Shown in pieces: positions 42,325 to 54,560 of a stretch of 64,000 nt of DNA; the first letter of the stretch is position 1, and each line of letters starts with the position of its first letter. A program made the position numbers and the translations under genes. The notes beneath the pieces are model-generated. The model made no database searches. It was not told the origin of the DNA and was given only the letters and a program-made list of their open reading frames with translations. The stretch comes from Octopus sinensis (lineage: Eukaryota): contig NC_043002.1 in the NCBI RefSeq assembly GCF_006345805.1, forward strand, positions 25,234,001 through 25,298,000, given 5' to 3'.

Positions 42325-42710
42325 ATATATCATCATATCGTTTAACGTCCGTTTTGCATACTAGCATGGGTTGGACAGTTCGACTGGGGTCTGGGAAGCC
42401 AGGAGGCTGCACCAGGCTCCAGTCTGATCTGGCAGTGTTTCTACAGCTGGATGCCCTTCCTAACGCCAACCACTCTTTGAGTGTAGTGGGTGCTTTTTAC
42501 ATGCCACCAGCACAGGTGCCAGAGGAGGCTGGCAACAGCCACAATCAGTTGGTGTTTTTTACATGCCACTGGCACGGAAGCCAGTCAGCGCAGCGCTAGC
42601 ATCAGCCATGTTCAGATGGTGTTTTTTACGTGCCACTGGCACGGGTATCACAACTACAATTTCCATTTGATTTTGATTTTGATGTTGATGTACTTGACTC
42701 AATAGGTCTC
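42325..42710 (-). mobile_element. SINE-like element, same family as 48070-48572, opposite orientation
   Basis: Reverse complement of the same core and tail, with the tail abutting a (TA)n tract. Confidence 0.8.
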
Positions 42711-42753
42711 CTCAAGCACAGCAGGTCACCCTGCAGTCCAAAGCAAGTACAGC

Positions 42754-42784
<31 letters not shown>

Positions 42785-44832
42785 GAGCTAAACATGTCTG
42801 TAAATGTGAGCAGTCTGTGCATAAATACTCAGTTTCATTTATCACTGACATGGGTACAAGACATTTTTGCACAGCCATTTGGCATCACCTATTTAATGTT
42901 GCTGACTTACTTGGCATCAGACATTTTAATACTTCTCTTATTCTCTTCTCACATGCCCCCACTTTCTCTCCCTTTTCTCACTCTATTTGTATGAGCTTAT
43001 TTCTGTGTGCACATGCATGTGTGTGTGTATTTGATTCCAGTGCCAAAACAGGTTGGATGTCCAGTCAACCATGCCAAGTCGTCAGCATCCAAACAGCTGT
43101 GTCCAAATGCTACATTTTGAAGTTCTGATGATATGTTTACATTCCTTGTTGGCATTATGAACTGTTGCTCTGCACCTTCAAATAATTATGGAATAAAAAA
43201 TCCCTTAATTGAAAAAAAAACCAGTGAAGGTTGGTGACAAGAAGAGCATCTGCTGTAAAATCCTACCCCTAAGTCCCCATCTCAACCCATGCTAGATTGG
43301 AAAAACAGACATCAAACAAGTGATCATCATTTAACATCCCTTTTCCCTACTGTCATGGATTGGGTGGTTTTGAGAGGATCTGGTGAACCACAAGGCTCTG
43401 TCAAGTTTCCTGTTTTCTTTATTAAACATAATTTTTGAGCCATATATATATTTATATATATAACACATAAACATACACATGATTCTTTAGGCACAAAGCC
43501 TTTTCTGTATCCCAGTGGAATATCATGGAAGGAGGAAAAGTAAAGTCAAGCTCTGGGTAGTATTTCAACTCAGAACAATGAAGGATTTACCACAAAGCAT
43601 CTAAAGCAGTTTTCTACCACCTGAATCGACTATATTCCCCATTTTCTAGCAAAGGTCTCCCAATGTTATGTATTACATCAGAAGAAAGTGCTAGAAGGTA
43701 AAAAAATATATAACAAACTTTGACTTCATTCTCAGTAATAAAGAAAAAAAATTTAAATGGTTAAGCATTGTGGAGCCAAGAAAAGTTGTATCTGGTGAGA
43801 CCAACAGCATGCTAAAGGAGAAGTTCTGTAGAATTAAATTAGTTACCAAGTCTGTTCCAAACTTCATGAGAGTGGATAGAAATGAAAATATAATAAAAAA
43901 ATAATAATAAAAATAGGACAAATCTGTAATAAATATAAGCAAAGTTAAGAATAAAATTGAAATATTTTTGATAATTATATTATCAGTGAACATACAGAAG
44001 AGAAATTAAAAATAGATTTAGAATAAAGACCAAGACACCACATTCTAATGTAAAAAATTAAATCTTGAGACATCACAAGTAGCTTATTTTTGCAACACTG
44101 AATTTAATAAACAACTATCCCTCACATCATTTAATATTCAATATTTTCTAGGGATTTTTTGTGTTTTGTTTTTTTTAAAGGAAATTGGAAAATGTGTAAG
44201 ATATTAATTCTTGTCTATACCTAGATGCATCTAAAAATGAACTTATGTAAGTAATCTTAACCCATTTGATTTCAACCTCTTGAAACTGCTCCTGATACAA
44301 GCTCCTCATTTTAAAGTTATCTAAATTAAACCTTCCATTATAATTTCGTGTTAGTTTATGTTCCAAATGCCCAAAAATAATTAAATAAATTCATTATTTT
44401 ACAAAATTAACTAAAAGAAAGGCAGCATATTTCAACAGAAATATGGTTATGAAAGGCTTAATCGCCAGCTTGTCTTTTCCCTTCTGACAATACATTCTGC
44501 TGCTATGTTCAGTAAAATAAAAATACCTCCTGTATATATTTATATCATTATTCTCTTATAGCTGTCAGCTTTCTCTGCACAGCCTTAAATGCTTGGATAG
44601 GTTTATTATGAGAATTCTTGATTCAATATATGTATAACATCTGTTGGTGCTATTTTATATATACTGTATATATAAATTAAACAATCTTATAAGAGGTGAA
44701 AAAAAATCAAGAATAGAAGAGCATTTAAATGGAAATTGTGTTTGCCTTAGAGACATTGCACCACAATGGATAATACAGCAAACAAATATCCAATCAAATA
44801 GTGATCATTGTTTTATATATAATTATATTATA

Positions 44833-44885
<53 letters not shown>

Positions 44886-45150
44886 TTTCCTTTCCTAAAT
44901 ACATAATATGTATGCCATTTCTGCATACTTTCATAAGACCAAGAGCAAGTTACTCTATTATTCTTAGTATCATGTGAATGAGACATCTCCCTACTCAATA
45001 CATCAAAACTCTTCTACAGATTTTCAAAGACTTCAAAAATTTTAATTTTTATAAGATTCTAATCTAATGAAAAATCATTTTTCTTGTTGGTTTATAATTA
45101 ATTAAAAATGTTTCCTTCAGAAATCCCAAAATCTTGCTACCGATACTAAC

Positions 45151-45238
45151 CATTTGGTGGTATACCCAAGTCTTGAAGTAAAGCATCAGTTTCAGCTCTC
45201 AGGTCTTGTGGGGGTTTTCCTGGTTTCACTTCTTCATT
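45151..45238 (-). CDS. DYNC1I: Dynein IC coding exon 2 (NEEVKPGKPPQDLRAETDALLQDLGIPPN)
   Basis: Acceptor tctttgttttag, donor gttagt, 88 nt, phase 0 to 1. Resembles the second helix of dynein IC (E-A-E-A-L-L-Q-S-M-G type). Confidence 0.88.
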
Positions 45239-45379
45239 CTAAAACAAAGAGATATTAAACAACAATTTTAAATATCAATAAGAAATTATTTGTATTCACA
45301 TTAAAGAAGAATATTGTAAGTGTATTAATGAAACATTTAATACCAAGACTTAATAGTTTACAGAAATTCTTGTGGGCAG

Positions 45380-46110
45380 TGAGGAATGTGGAGAAAAAAA
45401 CCAAGGAAGATGGTATTGGTCATTTGCTTAACTGTTTCAAATGAATCAAAAGTGAAACATCTGCTATCAAGAGATAAGTGACAGAGTTTCAACTAGTAAA
45501 CCTGAAGAAAGAAAGGGTGAGGGATTCATATATAGAGGAGGCAGACGTAGCGTGACTTGCAAGAGTAAGTATGATCAAATGATCCAATAAGGAGAAAGAT
45601 AGTAATGGAGGGATACAGGCTGGATTTGAAGAGAAGAAACCATGACTGCTTGATGAGTCAGTGTCTCAGTCAAAGATATAAAAGTAGATGAGAGGACTAA
45701 CTGCTGCAAACAGTTCATTATATGAAACTATTTGGCCTTCAGAGTTAATGTAGAAGTATCTGAGTCAGGAGCTTCAAGTAACTGTGAGACAAATTGTGAC
45801 AGATGTCCTTAATAGATGATGTGAGAGAGTCAAAGAACTGCTGATGATTGGAGTAGTTTGGAGAGCAATGGAGAAAATTGTTGAAGTTAGAGGAATGGGA
45901 AAAAGAGGCTTTCAACCATAGTAAATGGAAATCTTTTTTAGTAACAATCAAGTGAGAAGACTCAGTGGTTTCTTTGTAATTTCAGACTGGCTTTTGGAAA
46001 GAAATTGGAATATTCACTGTAACCTTGACAACACAAATTGTAAGCCATTGATCTGGTCCTAGAATGTTGGACCTTATGAGAAATACAGTGTAGACTCATC
46101 ATATGGAAAC
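45380..46110 (-). mobile_element. Degenerate LINE APE-endonuclease region (Jockey/L2-like)
   Basis: LLWLKASF...HCSPNYSNHQQFFDSLTSSI resembles the W.....Y.SPN.S....FFD.L pattern. Heavily decayed. Confidence 0.5.
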
Positions 46111-48069
46111 ATGGACAATAAACTAAGGATAATTACAATGATAATATTATTATTTCTTTATAAGCCACAATGATTCAATTACAGTAACATTATAGTACAA
46201 CAAATAATAGCAAATATAAAAACATTAACAGCTACCTTAGTTCACTTTGACTTTATCACAACAAAATAATGCTAAGTCATAGAGTAAAAGGAACTGCAAC
46301 AAGTGAAGAAAAACTAACTTGACTGATATTTACTTTTTCATAACTACCACAAGGTATTTCTTCTGATGCTCTACCAATTTTGCTACTTAATTTCCTAATA
46401 AATATTTCTAGTTTAGTCACACAGTCAGAAATTTTGAGGGAAGGGAAACAGTCGATTACATTGAACCTAGTACTGGACTGGTTCCATTACTTTATTGATC
46501 CCAGAGAAATGAAAGGAAAAAGTAACTTCAACAGGACTTGAAAACAGAATGAGACAACCGAATAAAGGGATTTTGTACAATACTAACAATCTTGCCAATC
46601 CAGAGCACTTTTGTGAGAGAGGATGTTAAATCAATCAAGTTGACACATGAATATTACAAGTACTCATTAATTACAAAAGGACAAATGGCAAAATCCAACC
46701 ATGACAATGTCTTAAAACACGATGTTTTGTTATAGATTTTTAGAAAGAAATACCATGTTGTGAAGTTCATACTTCTCTCAAAGGTATTAATAGTATAGGA
46801 TATATAACAGTTCCAAATGAGAATTAAAACTATGTTACATACTTAGCTCACTAAGAACTTACCACCTTACTACACCATCTGCCAAATCAATATTTTTAAA
46901 AATAAATTTGTCTGAATAAAAGAGATATGTACAAGAGATGAACAAATTGTGTATTAACTTACAGAGTATAATACCAAAGTAAAGCTGGGATTAAAGAAGA
47001 TTAGGATAATAATATACATGTATTAAGTTAGTTTAGCTGAAATGGCCGATACTAATTATGTTTTCTGCACTTTCTAGTAGAAAAGAAAATTAGCTGTTGT
47101 TGCAGCCCTTACATCAGCCCAGACAGAGCAAGCAGACCTATGATCAAAGACGATCTACCTCTGACAATGTTGTCTTTTATTTAGCTATAAGTATCTAGGA
47201 CTACATTATCAATGTAACTTTTTTCTTTAAGATAGAAGAAAATTTCCCTATTTCCAGTAAACTGAGCTATAACATAGAGACTCCCTTGTTGGCTGATGTA
47301 AAGATGATCTAGGACTTGATGGAACAAAGGAAACTATGTTGGATGTTCAAAGAACTCTTGACATGCAAAAAAAAAAAATGTCTTTATTGTATTGATATTA
47401 CTATTGAAGAGAAGACTAGAAGTATTAAACTTTATTATAATTATGGCACAAGAAAATCCATCAAAAAACTTAATTGAAAGAACAGTGCCAATAATTTCTC
47501 ACATTAAAATGGTGGGTTTTTTTTTTTGTTTTTTTATCAAAACTATTTTCATAAGCAGACTGCTTCAAATTTTGTGGGAGAGTACAGTTAATTATGATTA
47601 TATTGACTCCTATCACAATTCAACTCTGATAATTAACCATTTCCAGATAAGTACCAGTTGAATTCCAAGATCAATATAATGACTAATGATAACTGTTTCT
47701 AACATAAGCACAAAGCCTGACTAAGAGGAAGTCAAATTATACAGTCTCCAGTACTTGATTGGTACTTCATCAATCTGGAAAGAGTGAAAGGATTAGTTGA
47801 CCTTGGTGGAACTCAGAATACTGAGTTGGAACAAATACCACACGGCATGTTGTCCAACACTAACAATCTACCAATCCATCACCCTTAAATAAGTTCTTAC
47901 AGAGGCAAAGGTCAGAAATTTGGAAGGAAGGCCTAATCAATTGCATCAACCCCAGTTTTGAACTGGTACTTTATTAACTCTACAAGGACAAAAGACAAAT
48001 CTGACATATTAATTTCTTAAATTTAGAAGACTATGTTCCAATAGTTTTATTTCCATTTTGTTTGATTTT

Positions 48070-48572
48070 CTTTTTACGTGCCGGTGACACGTAAAAGCAC
48101 CATCCGCTCGTGTTCGTTGCCAGCCTTGGCTGGCCCCCGTGCCGGTGACACGTAAAAGCACCATCCGTTCGTGTTCGTTGCCAGCCTCGGCTGGCCCCCG
48201 TGCCGGTGACACGTAAAAGCACCGTCCGTTCGTGGCCGTTTGCCAGCTCTGTCTGGCCCCGTGTCGGTGGTACGTAAAAGCACCATCCGCTCGTGTTCGT
48301 TGCCAGCCTCGGCTGGCCCCGTGCCGGTGACACGTAAAAGCACCATCCGTTCGTGGCCGTTGTGCCAGCTCTGTCTGGCACCTGTGCAGGTGGCACGTAA
48401 AAAACACCCACTACACTCGCGGAGTGGTTGGCGTTAGGAAGGGCATCCAGCCGTAGAAACACTGCCAAACCTGACTGGGCCTGATGAAGCCTTCCGGCTT
48501 CACAGACCCCAGTTAAACCGTCCAACCCATGCTAGCATGGAAAACGGACGCTAAATGATGATGATGATGATG
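48070..48572 (+). mobile_element. SINE-like element with internal ~61-bp tandem repeats and a (GAT)n tail
   Basis: About 5.5 units of gtgccggtgacacgtaaaagcaccatccg..., then ggttggcgttaggaagggcatcc...cccatgctagcatggaaaacggacg(atg)n. Confidence 0.8.
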
Positions 48573-51476
48573 ACAAATAGATCAGCAGTTCTCAAATGGA
48601 CTAATAGTAGGCTTTCACAACTAAATAGTGAATTATTTTGCTTCCTAAGTCACCCTAATGAGAAAAAAAAATACAGTTTGCAACCAGATAATTCTACATT
48701 CTTTTGCCAATATGTTAGAAATGTTTCAAAAATTGAAAATACAATATTGAAAGTGTTATATAAATAGATGTGTGGTTAAGAAGTTCATTTTGCAATCACA
48801 TGTGTCTTCTGTTATATCTCAGGGCCAATCAATGTCTTATGAGTGAATTTGGAAGATAGACAGAACCTGTGCAAAAGCTCACCGTCTATGTGTGAGTAGA
48901 TATGCATGTATATATATGTACATCTTAATATTTGTCTCACTGATTGACAACTAAGCAGTCTGCAAAGAGACAGATAGAATAAGTACTACACTTAAAAATA
49001 TGTAATTATCTAAACCTGGACATAGCCAGTCTAATGACTGAAACAAAAGAACGGGAAAATTTGTCCACCCCAGCCACTTCTTTTCAATTTTTATGCTAAC
49101 CCACTCCAAGAGAAACACTGAGATAGATCTTATTTGCTAAAAAGGAAAGGTTATATTTAACTGACCAAATACATGGCAGTATTTTACTAGTGATCAGAAA
49201 TCCATATCTGCCGCACCAACTGTTACTGCATAAACAGTACACATTGATTTCTCTCGTAATACTTGTTGCGTTGTAGAAAATGTTAGCTTCACACACACAC
49301 ACACACACATGACTGGTACTTATTTCTTTGACATCCTTCCAGCTGGATCTAAATTCAACAAGCAAACAGAGACACTACTGGGTCACTCGATTTGTTAGTA
49401 ATAACAGTCCACTCTCCCTCATATCACACCATACCGTCTTTCAAAATAGATTTTTAAAAATGAATTGAATAACGTAATCCTAGTTACAATATGTCTGGAA
49501 AATAAAACAGGAGGGACACTACTGTAACGCCTTACTACCTGAAATAATCCCAATAACAACGTTGTCAATATAGAGCTGCATCTAAATTCAGAAGTGTGAA
49601 GTTCCAAATATGACATAGTAACACACAATCATATACTCTCTCTTACCATCTACCTTCCTGTAAGAAAGCAATCGATACATATTAAATCTTTTCTCCTTCA
49701 GAGCTTTCATTATACATACAATATAGACATTTTTAAACGCCAACTGTTGACACTTAAAATGTTTTCTCATCGATATAAGTGTTAACAGAATCAAAAGCAT
49801 TTCAGTATCTTGTTTTGTTTTTATAGCATATCTAGGAATACATGACGAAAGTAAAGAATACGTACACCCGGTGGTAAGGGCTGGGGTTTTTGTTACGCCG
49901 AAAACGGGTGATGTACATATTGTTTATCTCCACCGGAATACATTATCCAGGTAATCTGGCTCTTAAGGTAGTAGGTTGATTTGCGGGTGGGGGTGGGGGA
50001 CTTGGCTGCTATTATGAGCAAGTTGGACAGCCAAGTAAAAGGTCAGTCGTAACTCGTTTATTTGTCTCACTGAGAGGTGGCACGGAAGGAGTCAATCAAT
50101 AGCTTATTCGTTGCTATTTAATCGAACATAGACTGGTGAAAAGTAAAAGGCTGCCAGGGACGCAAAGTTACTACAAAACTAGTGGTCCCTTTGCGTCTAC
50201 AAGTGATCCCGGCACTTTATATATAAAATTACATAGCAAAGAGTCGTTTTGGCCATCAGAGAACGCACAAAAATGTATTTCATGCATTTTTTAATTGTAT
50301 TAATTATTCAATTTTATATGGAATATGAAAAGCTTTCGCCAACTCTTCCACGACCGGGTCAACTGCACAATTTCACACCACCTCTTTACATTCATGCATA
50401 CATATTATACAAGCTGAATGTACAAACTGTACTCAATATATGTCTGAGCCAACGCATAAAAGAGAGAAACTTGGAATAGCAAAAGAGAAAAAAAAATCAT
50501 CAATTTCGAATGACTATATATATATATGATCAATAGTCTGAATTTTATTTGCGCTGCTTCATTTAAAGTTTATATTCCAAAGAATTTTCAGACAGCGATT
50601 TTCTTTAGTAAAATGGGTTGTCTTTTTTATTTATTTATTTATTTATTACATTGACATTAGGGTGCAGCTTTTTTTTTTTTTTTTTTAAGGGAGAGAGTAA
50701 CCATCATGCGTTACCAAAAATGGCATAAAAGAAAGGAGCACTCTTAGAATCGAAAGCGGGTGGCGAACGTAGTTCCCCATGAACTCCGCCTCGCAACCGC
50801 ATCACCTGTCACAAACATAAATTATGTTGATGTCTTACAAACCCATTCCCAACGCCGACAACAGCTGACAACGATAACGGGTTAAAAAAAAATGTTAAGA
50901 TATGCATACAAATACCATTATATGCACAATTTTATATCACGATAGGCTTTAACATCAAAATAAATATTAAATATGGTCACAAAATGCTAAAGAATGAAAG
51001 AGTTGAGCTGTACTCAAAAATAGAAGGCGTTAGCTTTAAAGAAGAACGGCCATAATACTTTTCATTCTCACCCACACACACACATAGAAAAGCATATTTT
51101 CTAAGACAATAAGATATAAATAATTGATTCAATACTAATATACAATTTATATTTATTACATTCACTCATCTCTTTTCTTGCTGATGGATGATAGACAATG
51201 TCGAAGCATTAACTGTATTTGAGAAGAAAAACGGACGGCTGCAACCTCCATAATGAAGCTTAAAAGACAGACGATTTATAAGACTTCATCAATCTTACAT
51301 ACATACATGGAAATTGTTGATGTCTTACAAAGTCAAAAGGCTTCTGTGAATACAGAATGCAATGCTTTAATACAGTATGTCTATCTCAACAGCATTAATT
51401 AAATGGATTTAAGCCGGAATCGCTCCAATCTCCTCGCAGCCGCGACTAAAAAAATAATGACAAATCAAAAGCTTAC

Positions 51477-51575
51477 ATCTTTTATCTTGCGACGTTGCTC
51501 CTTTTCTTGTCTCTCTTTTCTCATCTGCTCTAGACGAGCTTTCTTGCGTTCTAACTCCGCTTTTCGGTCAGACAT
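51477..51575 (-). CDS. DYNC1I: Cytoplasmic dynein-1 intermediate chain, first coding exon (MSDRKAELERKKARLEQMRKERQEKEQRRKIKD)
   Basis: The minus-strand translation matches the N-terminal coiled coil of dynein-1 IC (human MSDKSELKAELERKKQRL...). 99 nt, followed by donor GTAAGC. An acceptor (atcctcacag) lies 14 nt upstream of the ATG, so the exon starts near 51589. Confidence 0.93.
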
Positions 51576-51589
51576 CTTTGTCCGTCAAT

Positions 51590-51663
51590 CTGTGAGGATA
51601 TCAGTGAAGATAATTTCTCAATACCCACCACAGACGTCTCGTCTACAGGAAGACATTACTCAC
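51590..51663 (-). other. Probable 74-nt intron in the dynein IC 5' UTR
   Basis: Donor gtgagt at 51663 and acceptor atcctcacag at 51590, with the AG 14 nt upstream of the ATG. Confidence 0.5.
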
Positions 51664-52418
51664 AAGATGACGTCACTCCCCACCTCTTATTTAATATACA
51701 GAGCTAGCTATACACTAATAACGAAATATAAAATTTAGCATTTCAAGCCAAATATATACTACAAATTATGCACATAATAAACGGTGTACAGATTTTATAT
51801 CTATATAAACATTAAAATAGCGAAAACTTTATTATATTTTGTTATAAAAAAATAAAGGCTTTGAAAACTAAAAAAACAACTTCTATTAAGAATTGGTTAT
51901 TTTACTAATAAAAGTTGTTACTAAATATTCTAAATTATTTTATGGTAAAGCAAAATACATTGCAGAAAACAATATGAAATAAGAAGAAAAAAGAAAATTA
52001 AGCTGCTAGCTCACAAAGGTACAGCTGTTATTATTTGGAGGTCACGTGATTGACGTACGTTTCATAATAAATAAACGAAACGTCAATTTGACCCTCGATG
52101 ACCTTGTCCCACGTGGTTGTAACACAGCAAAGATTTTGCGTGGTCATCTAATATTAACAACGACCACAATAGTAATGCTTTATTGTTTGGGCACAAAGGA
52201 AATTTTGTAAGGGAACCAATAACTGATGCCAGTTCATGAATTGAACTTCACCGTCCTTTGAAGAATGGAAGCAAACTTCATCCCTAGCTTGAATTGACTT
52301 CAGAACAGAAATCTCTAAGCTAGGAACTATTTCCTTAGTATCTAATGTTGCTTTTTAATGATCTGTGATAATTGTACTAATGATAATATAAAATTAAGCG
52401 GAATAATAACTGTTTACT
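51664..52418. promoter_or_regulatory. Putative bidirectional promoter for DYNC1I and SDHAF3
   Basis: Short interval between two divergent genes. Contains the palindromic TGACGTCA (51668-51675), GTCACGTGA (52041-52049), TGACGTAC (52051-52058) and CCACGTGG (52109-52116), and locally more CpG than the flanks. Confidence 0.6.
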
Positions 52419-52598
52419 ATGGCGAGTAATTCAGGACATGTGAGACGTGTAAAAGCCTTGTATAAAGCTATTTTGAAAATCCATCTGGGCCTTCCCATTC
52501 ATTACAGAGCAATCGGAGACCAATATGTTAAAGATGAGTTTCGCCGTAACAAAACTTCAGACACCAAGCAAACAGATATCTTTATGCATGAATGGACG
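52419..52598 (+). CDS. SDHAF3: Succinate dehydrogenase assembly factor 3 (ACN9), exon 1, LYR-motif protein
   Basis: MASNSGHVRRVKALYKAILKIHLGLPIHYRAIGDQYVKDEFRRNK...FMHEWT carries the family signature LYK...H..LP...LGDQYVKDEFRRHK. 180 nt, donor gtaggg. Confidence 0.93.
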
Positions 52599-53689
52599 GT
52601 AGGGTCCTTTTATTCTTGTATGCGTGTATGTTTGTTATTACACGGGCAAAGACAACTGAACGGGGTGCGTAGAAACATAGAATTACGGAGTTTTGACACT
52701 GAAGAAAAGTTTCACCCCCACAAAAAATTGGGTAGTGTTACCTGTACTGATAAGAAAAGGGAAAAAAAAAATTGGGGAGAAAAAAAAAGCTAGAATGGTA
52801 ATTTCAGGTCTATGAAGTGTGAAAAAAAAATCATATGAGGTACAACTACTCTGAATAAATTCATGGTATTTAGATATTTATAATTATTGTTGCTTAACTC
52901 AGAAAAATTAAGCCATTATCTACATAAATAAAAACACCCGTTATGTACATAGTGCACCTGAGCACTGTATACAATAATTTCATTATTATTATTACAAAGT
53001 AATGATGGCATGAAAGTAAAGGGAAATGTTTTTTTCATGGCTTTGTTGGGGAAGGAAGGGCTTGGGCCCTCAAGACGGATAAAGTTAATTTCAAACTGGA
53101 GACCTGGCTCAAATACTTACAACAGAGAAGACTCCATTGAAAGTACCCAAGTACAAGATGGTAATGTTAAAACAGCTAATGAATTAAATCTACCATCCAA
53201 GAATGCAACAGACCCTCCAACAAACTTCTGCAGTTTTTACCTAACAAATTTCCCTCACAAGACTTTAGTTGACCCACAGCTATGTTAGAAGACCTCTGTT
53301 CAGATTGTCACACTGTGCAATCAAACAGAAATTAGAGAATTTCAGTAGATTGTCATCTAGTTTAACATCATGAGCTAATCTTCTGGTATCTTTAGTGTAA
53401 TCTACTCTGTTGCAAACGTTTGAGCCAGGTCTCCAGTCTTAGGATACTTTCTTCTCTCTTGCCCTTCTGAATCCAGAGACCCTGGAAGATATCCTCAAAC
53501 TAGACTGTTCTTCCTTCTTGATTAATGGTAAAAAAAAATTATGCCTTCACCCAATTCTATTGAAGAATAAACTTCTAATTTTTCTCTCCCATCTTACAAA
53601 TGTTCTTAAATTTATATGTTTATTTTCCTGCTAACATAGTTTAGACGAATATATTATTGCTTCCCTTCAGTAAGCAACATCCTCTCCTC

Positions 53690-54560
53690 TCCAACATGGA
53701 CTAATTCCAACAGGGAGATGGATGAAGCTCTGTTACAGTGGAGAGAGCATGGTTTGTCAGTTCCTATTACAGTTGAGGATTGATGGAAATAGAGAGTATG
53801 GGACAATCTGTGTTCAGGTGTTACTTTCAACTCCCTCCTTGATCAATTTTCAAGGTGTTGCCTACTTTTTCTTGTGCAAAATTCTTGGGGGACTCAATTG
53901 ATGCCCTGTCTACTCAGCCTTGATGAGCTCTGCATCTCCATCAGACTCAGAATGGGAGCTGACGTCTGTAGGGGGACTGAGATGTTGCTGTGGTAGGCCC
54001 CTTGATCCCACAAGTCTTCAGAATCTGTCATGCCACTTAAATGCTTGTCGTTTCACTTGTCACACCGAGTTAAACTTAATCATTAAATGAGCCCTAGCTC
54101 AGATTAATATCCCCTCAGTTCTGGAGCCAGTGGGATTATCCAGAAGTGATGGGAAGAGATCAGATGGTCTCACCCTCTGACCCTGGGTAAGATGTAGGTG
54201 CTTCATCTGAGATGCTACAGTCTGTGACTCTTTTGTTCCCTCTCACATCCTGGATGCTGCAGTAAATGGGAGAGTCACTGCTTCCATAACTGAATGGAAC
54301 AAAACCCTGAAGTATCAGGATGTGGCAGTAAACTATCTCTTCCAATATGTGGTATTTCAGACATTTGGAGGGACTGGGCCACTAACACTGAAGTTCTTGT
54401 CATTGTTGGCAGCTAGCCTTACAGAGAAGTTAGGTGATACCCCTGAGGGTGCTTGACTTTTCCAATGCCTCAGCCTCACTATCACCTGTGGTAATGCTGG
54501 CTTGCTTCAGTAAGTTCTGTTGAACCTTGTGTTGTGCAACCCATTGAAGCACTTGGTGCT
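53690..54560 (+). mobile_element. Degenerate CRE-clade (RLE) non-LTR retrotransposon C-terminus in the SDHAF3 intron
   Basis: CH...RF.CHTELNLIIK.AL...IPSVLEPVGLSRSDGKRSDGLTL.PW...DATVCDS...FQTFGG.GP....FQCLSLTI.CGNA matches the CRE pattern LEP.GL.R.DGKRPDG.TL.PW...ETLG..GP...FQR.S.AIQRGNA. Confidence 0.8.

Noticed and set aside
48070-48410. CRISPR-like regularly spaced repeats
   Set aside because: Units are contiguous with no unique spacers, no cas genes are present, the context is eukaryotic, and the array is part of a dispersed SINE-like family.
51403-51738. Plus-strand 111-aa ORF
   Set aside because: It is the antisense shadow of the dynein IC first coding exon.
52599-52793. Continuation of the SDHAF3 ORF to 124 aa in the ORF track
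   Set aside because: Family similarity stops at the GT donor after 52598, and the true C-terminus is in the exon at 55699-55863.
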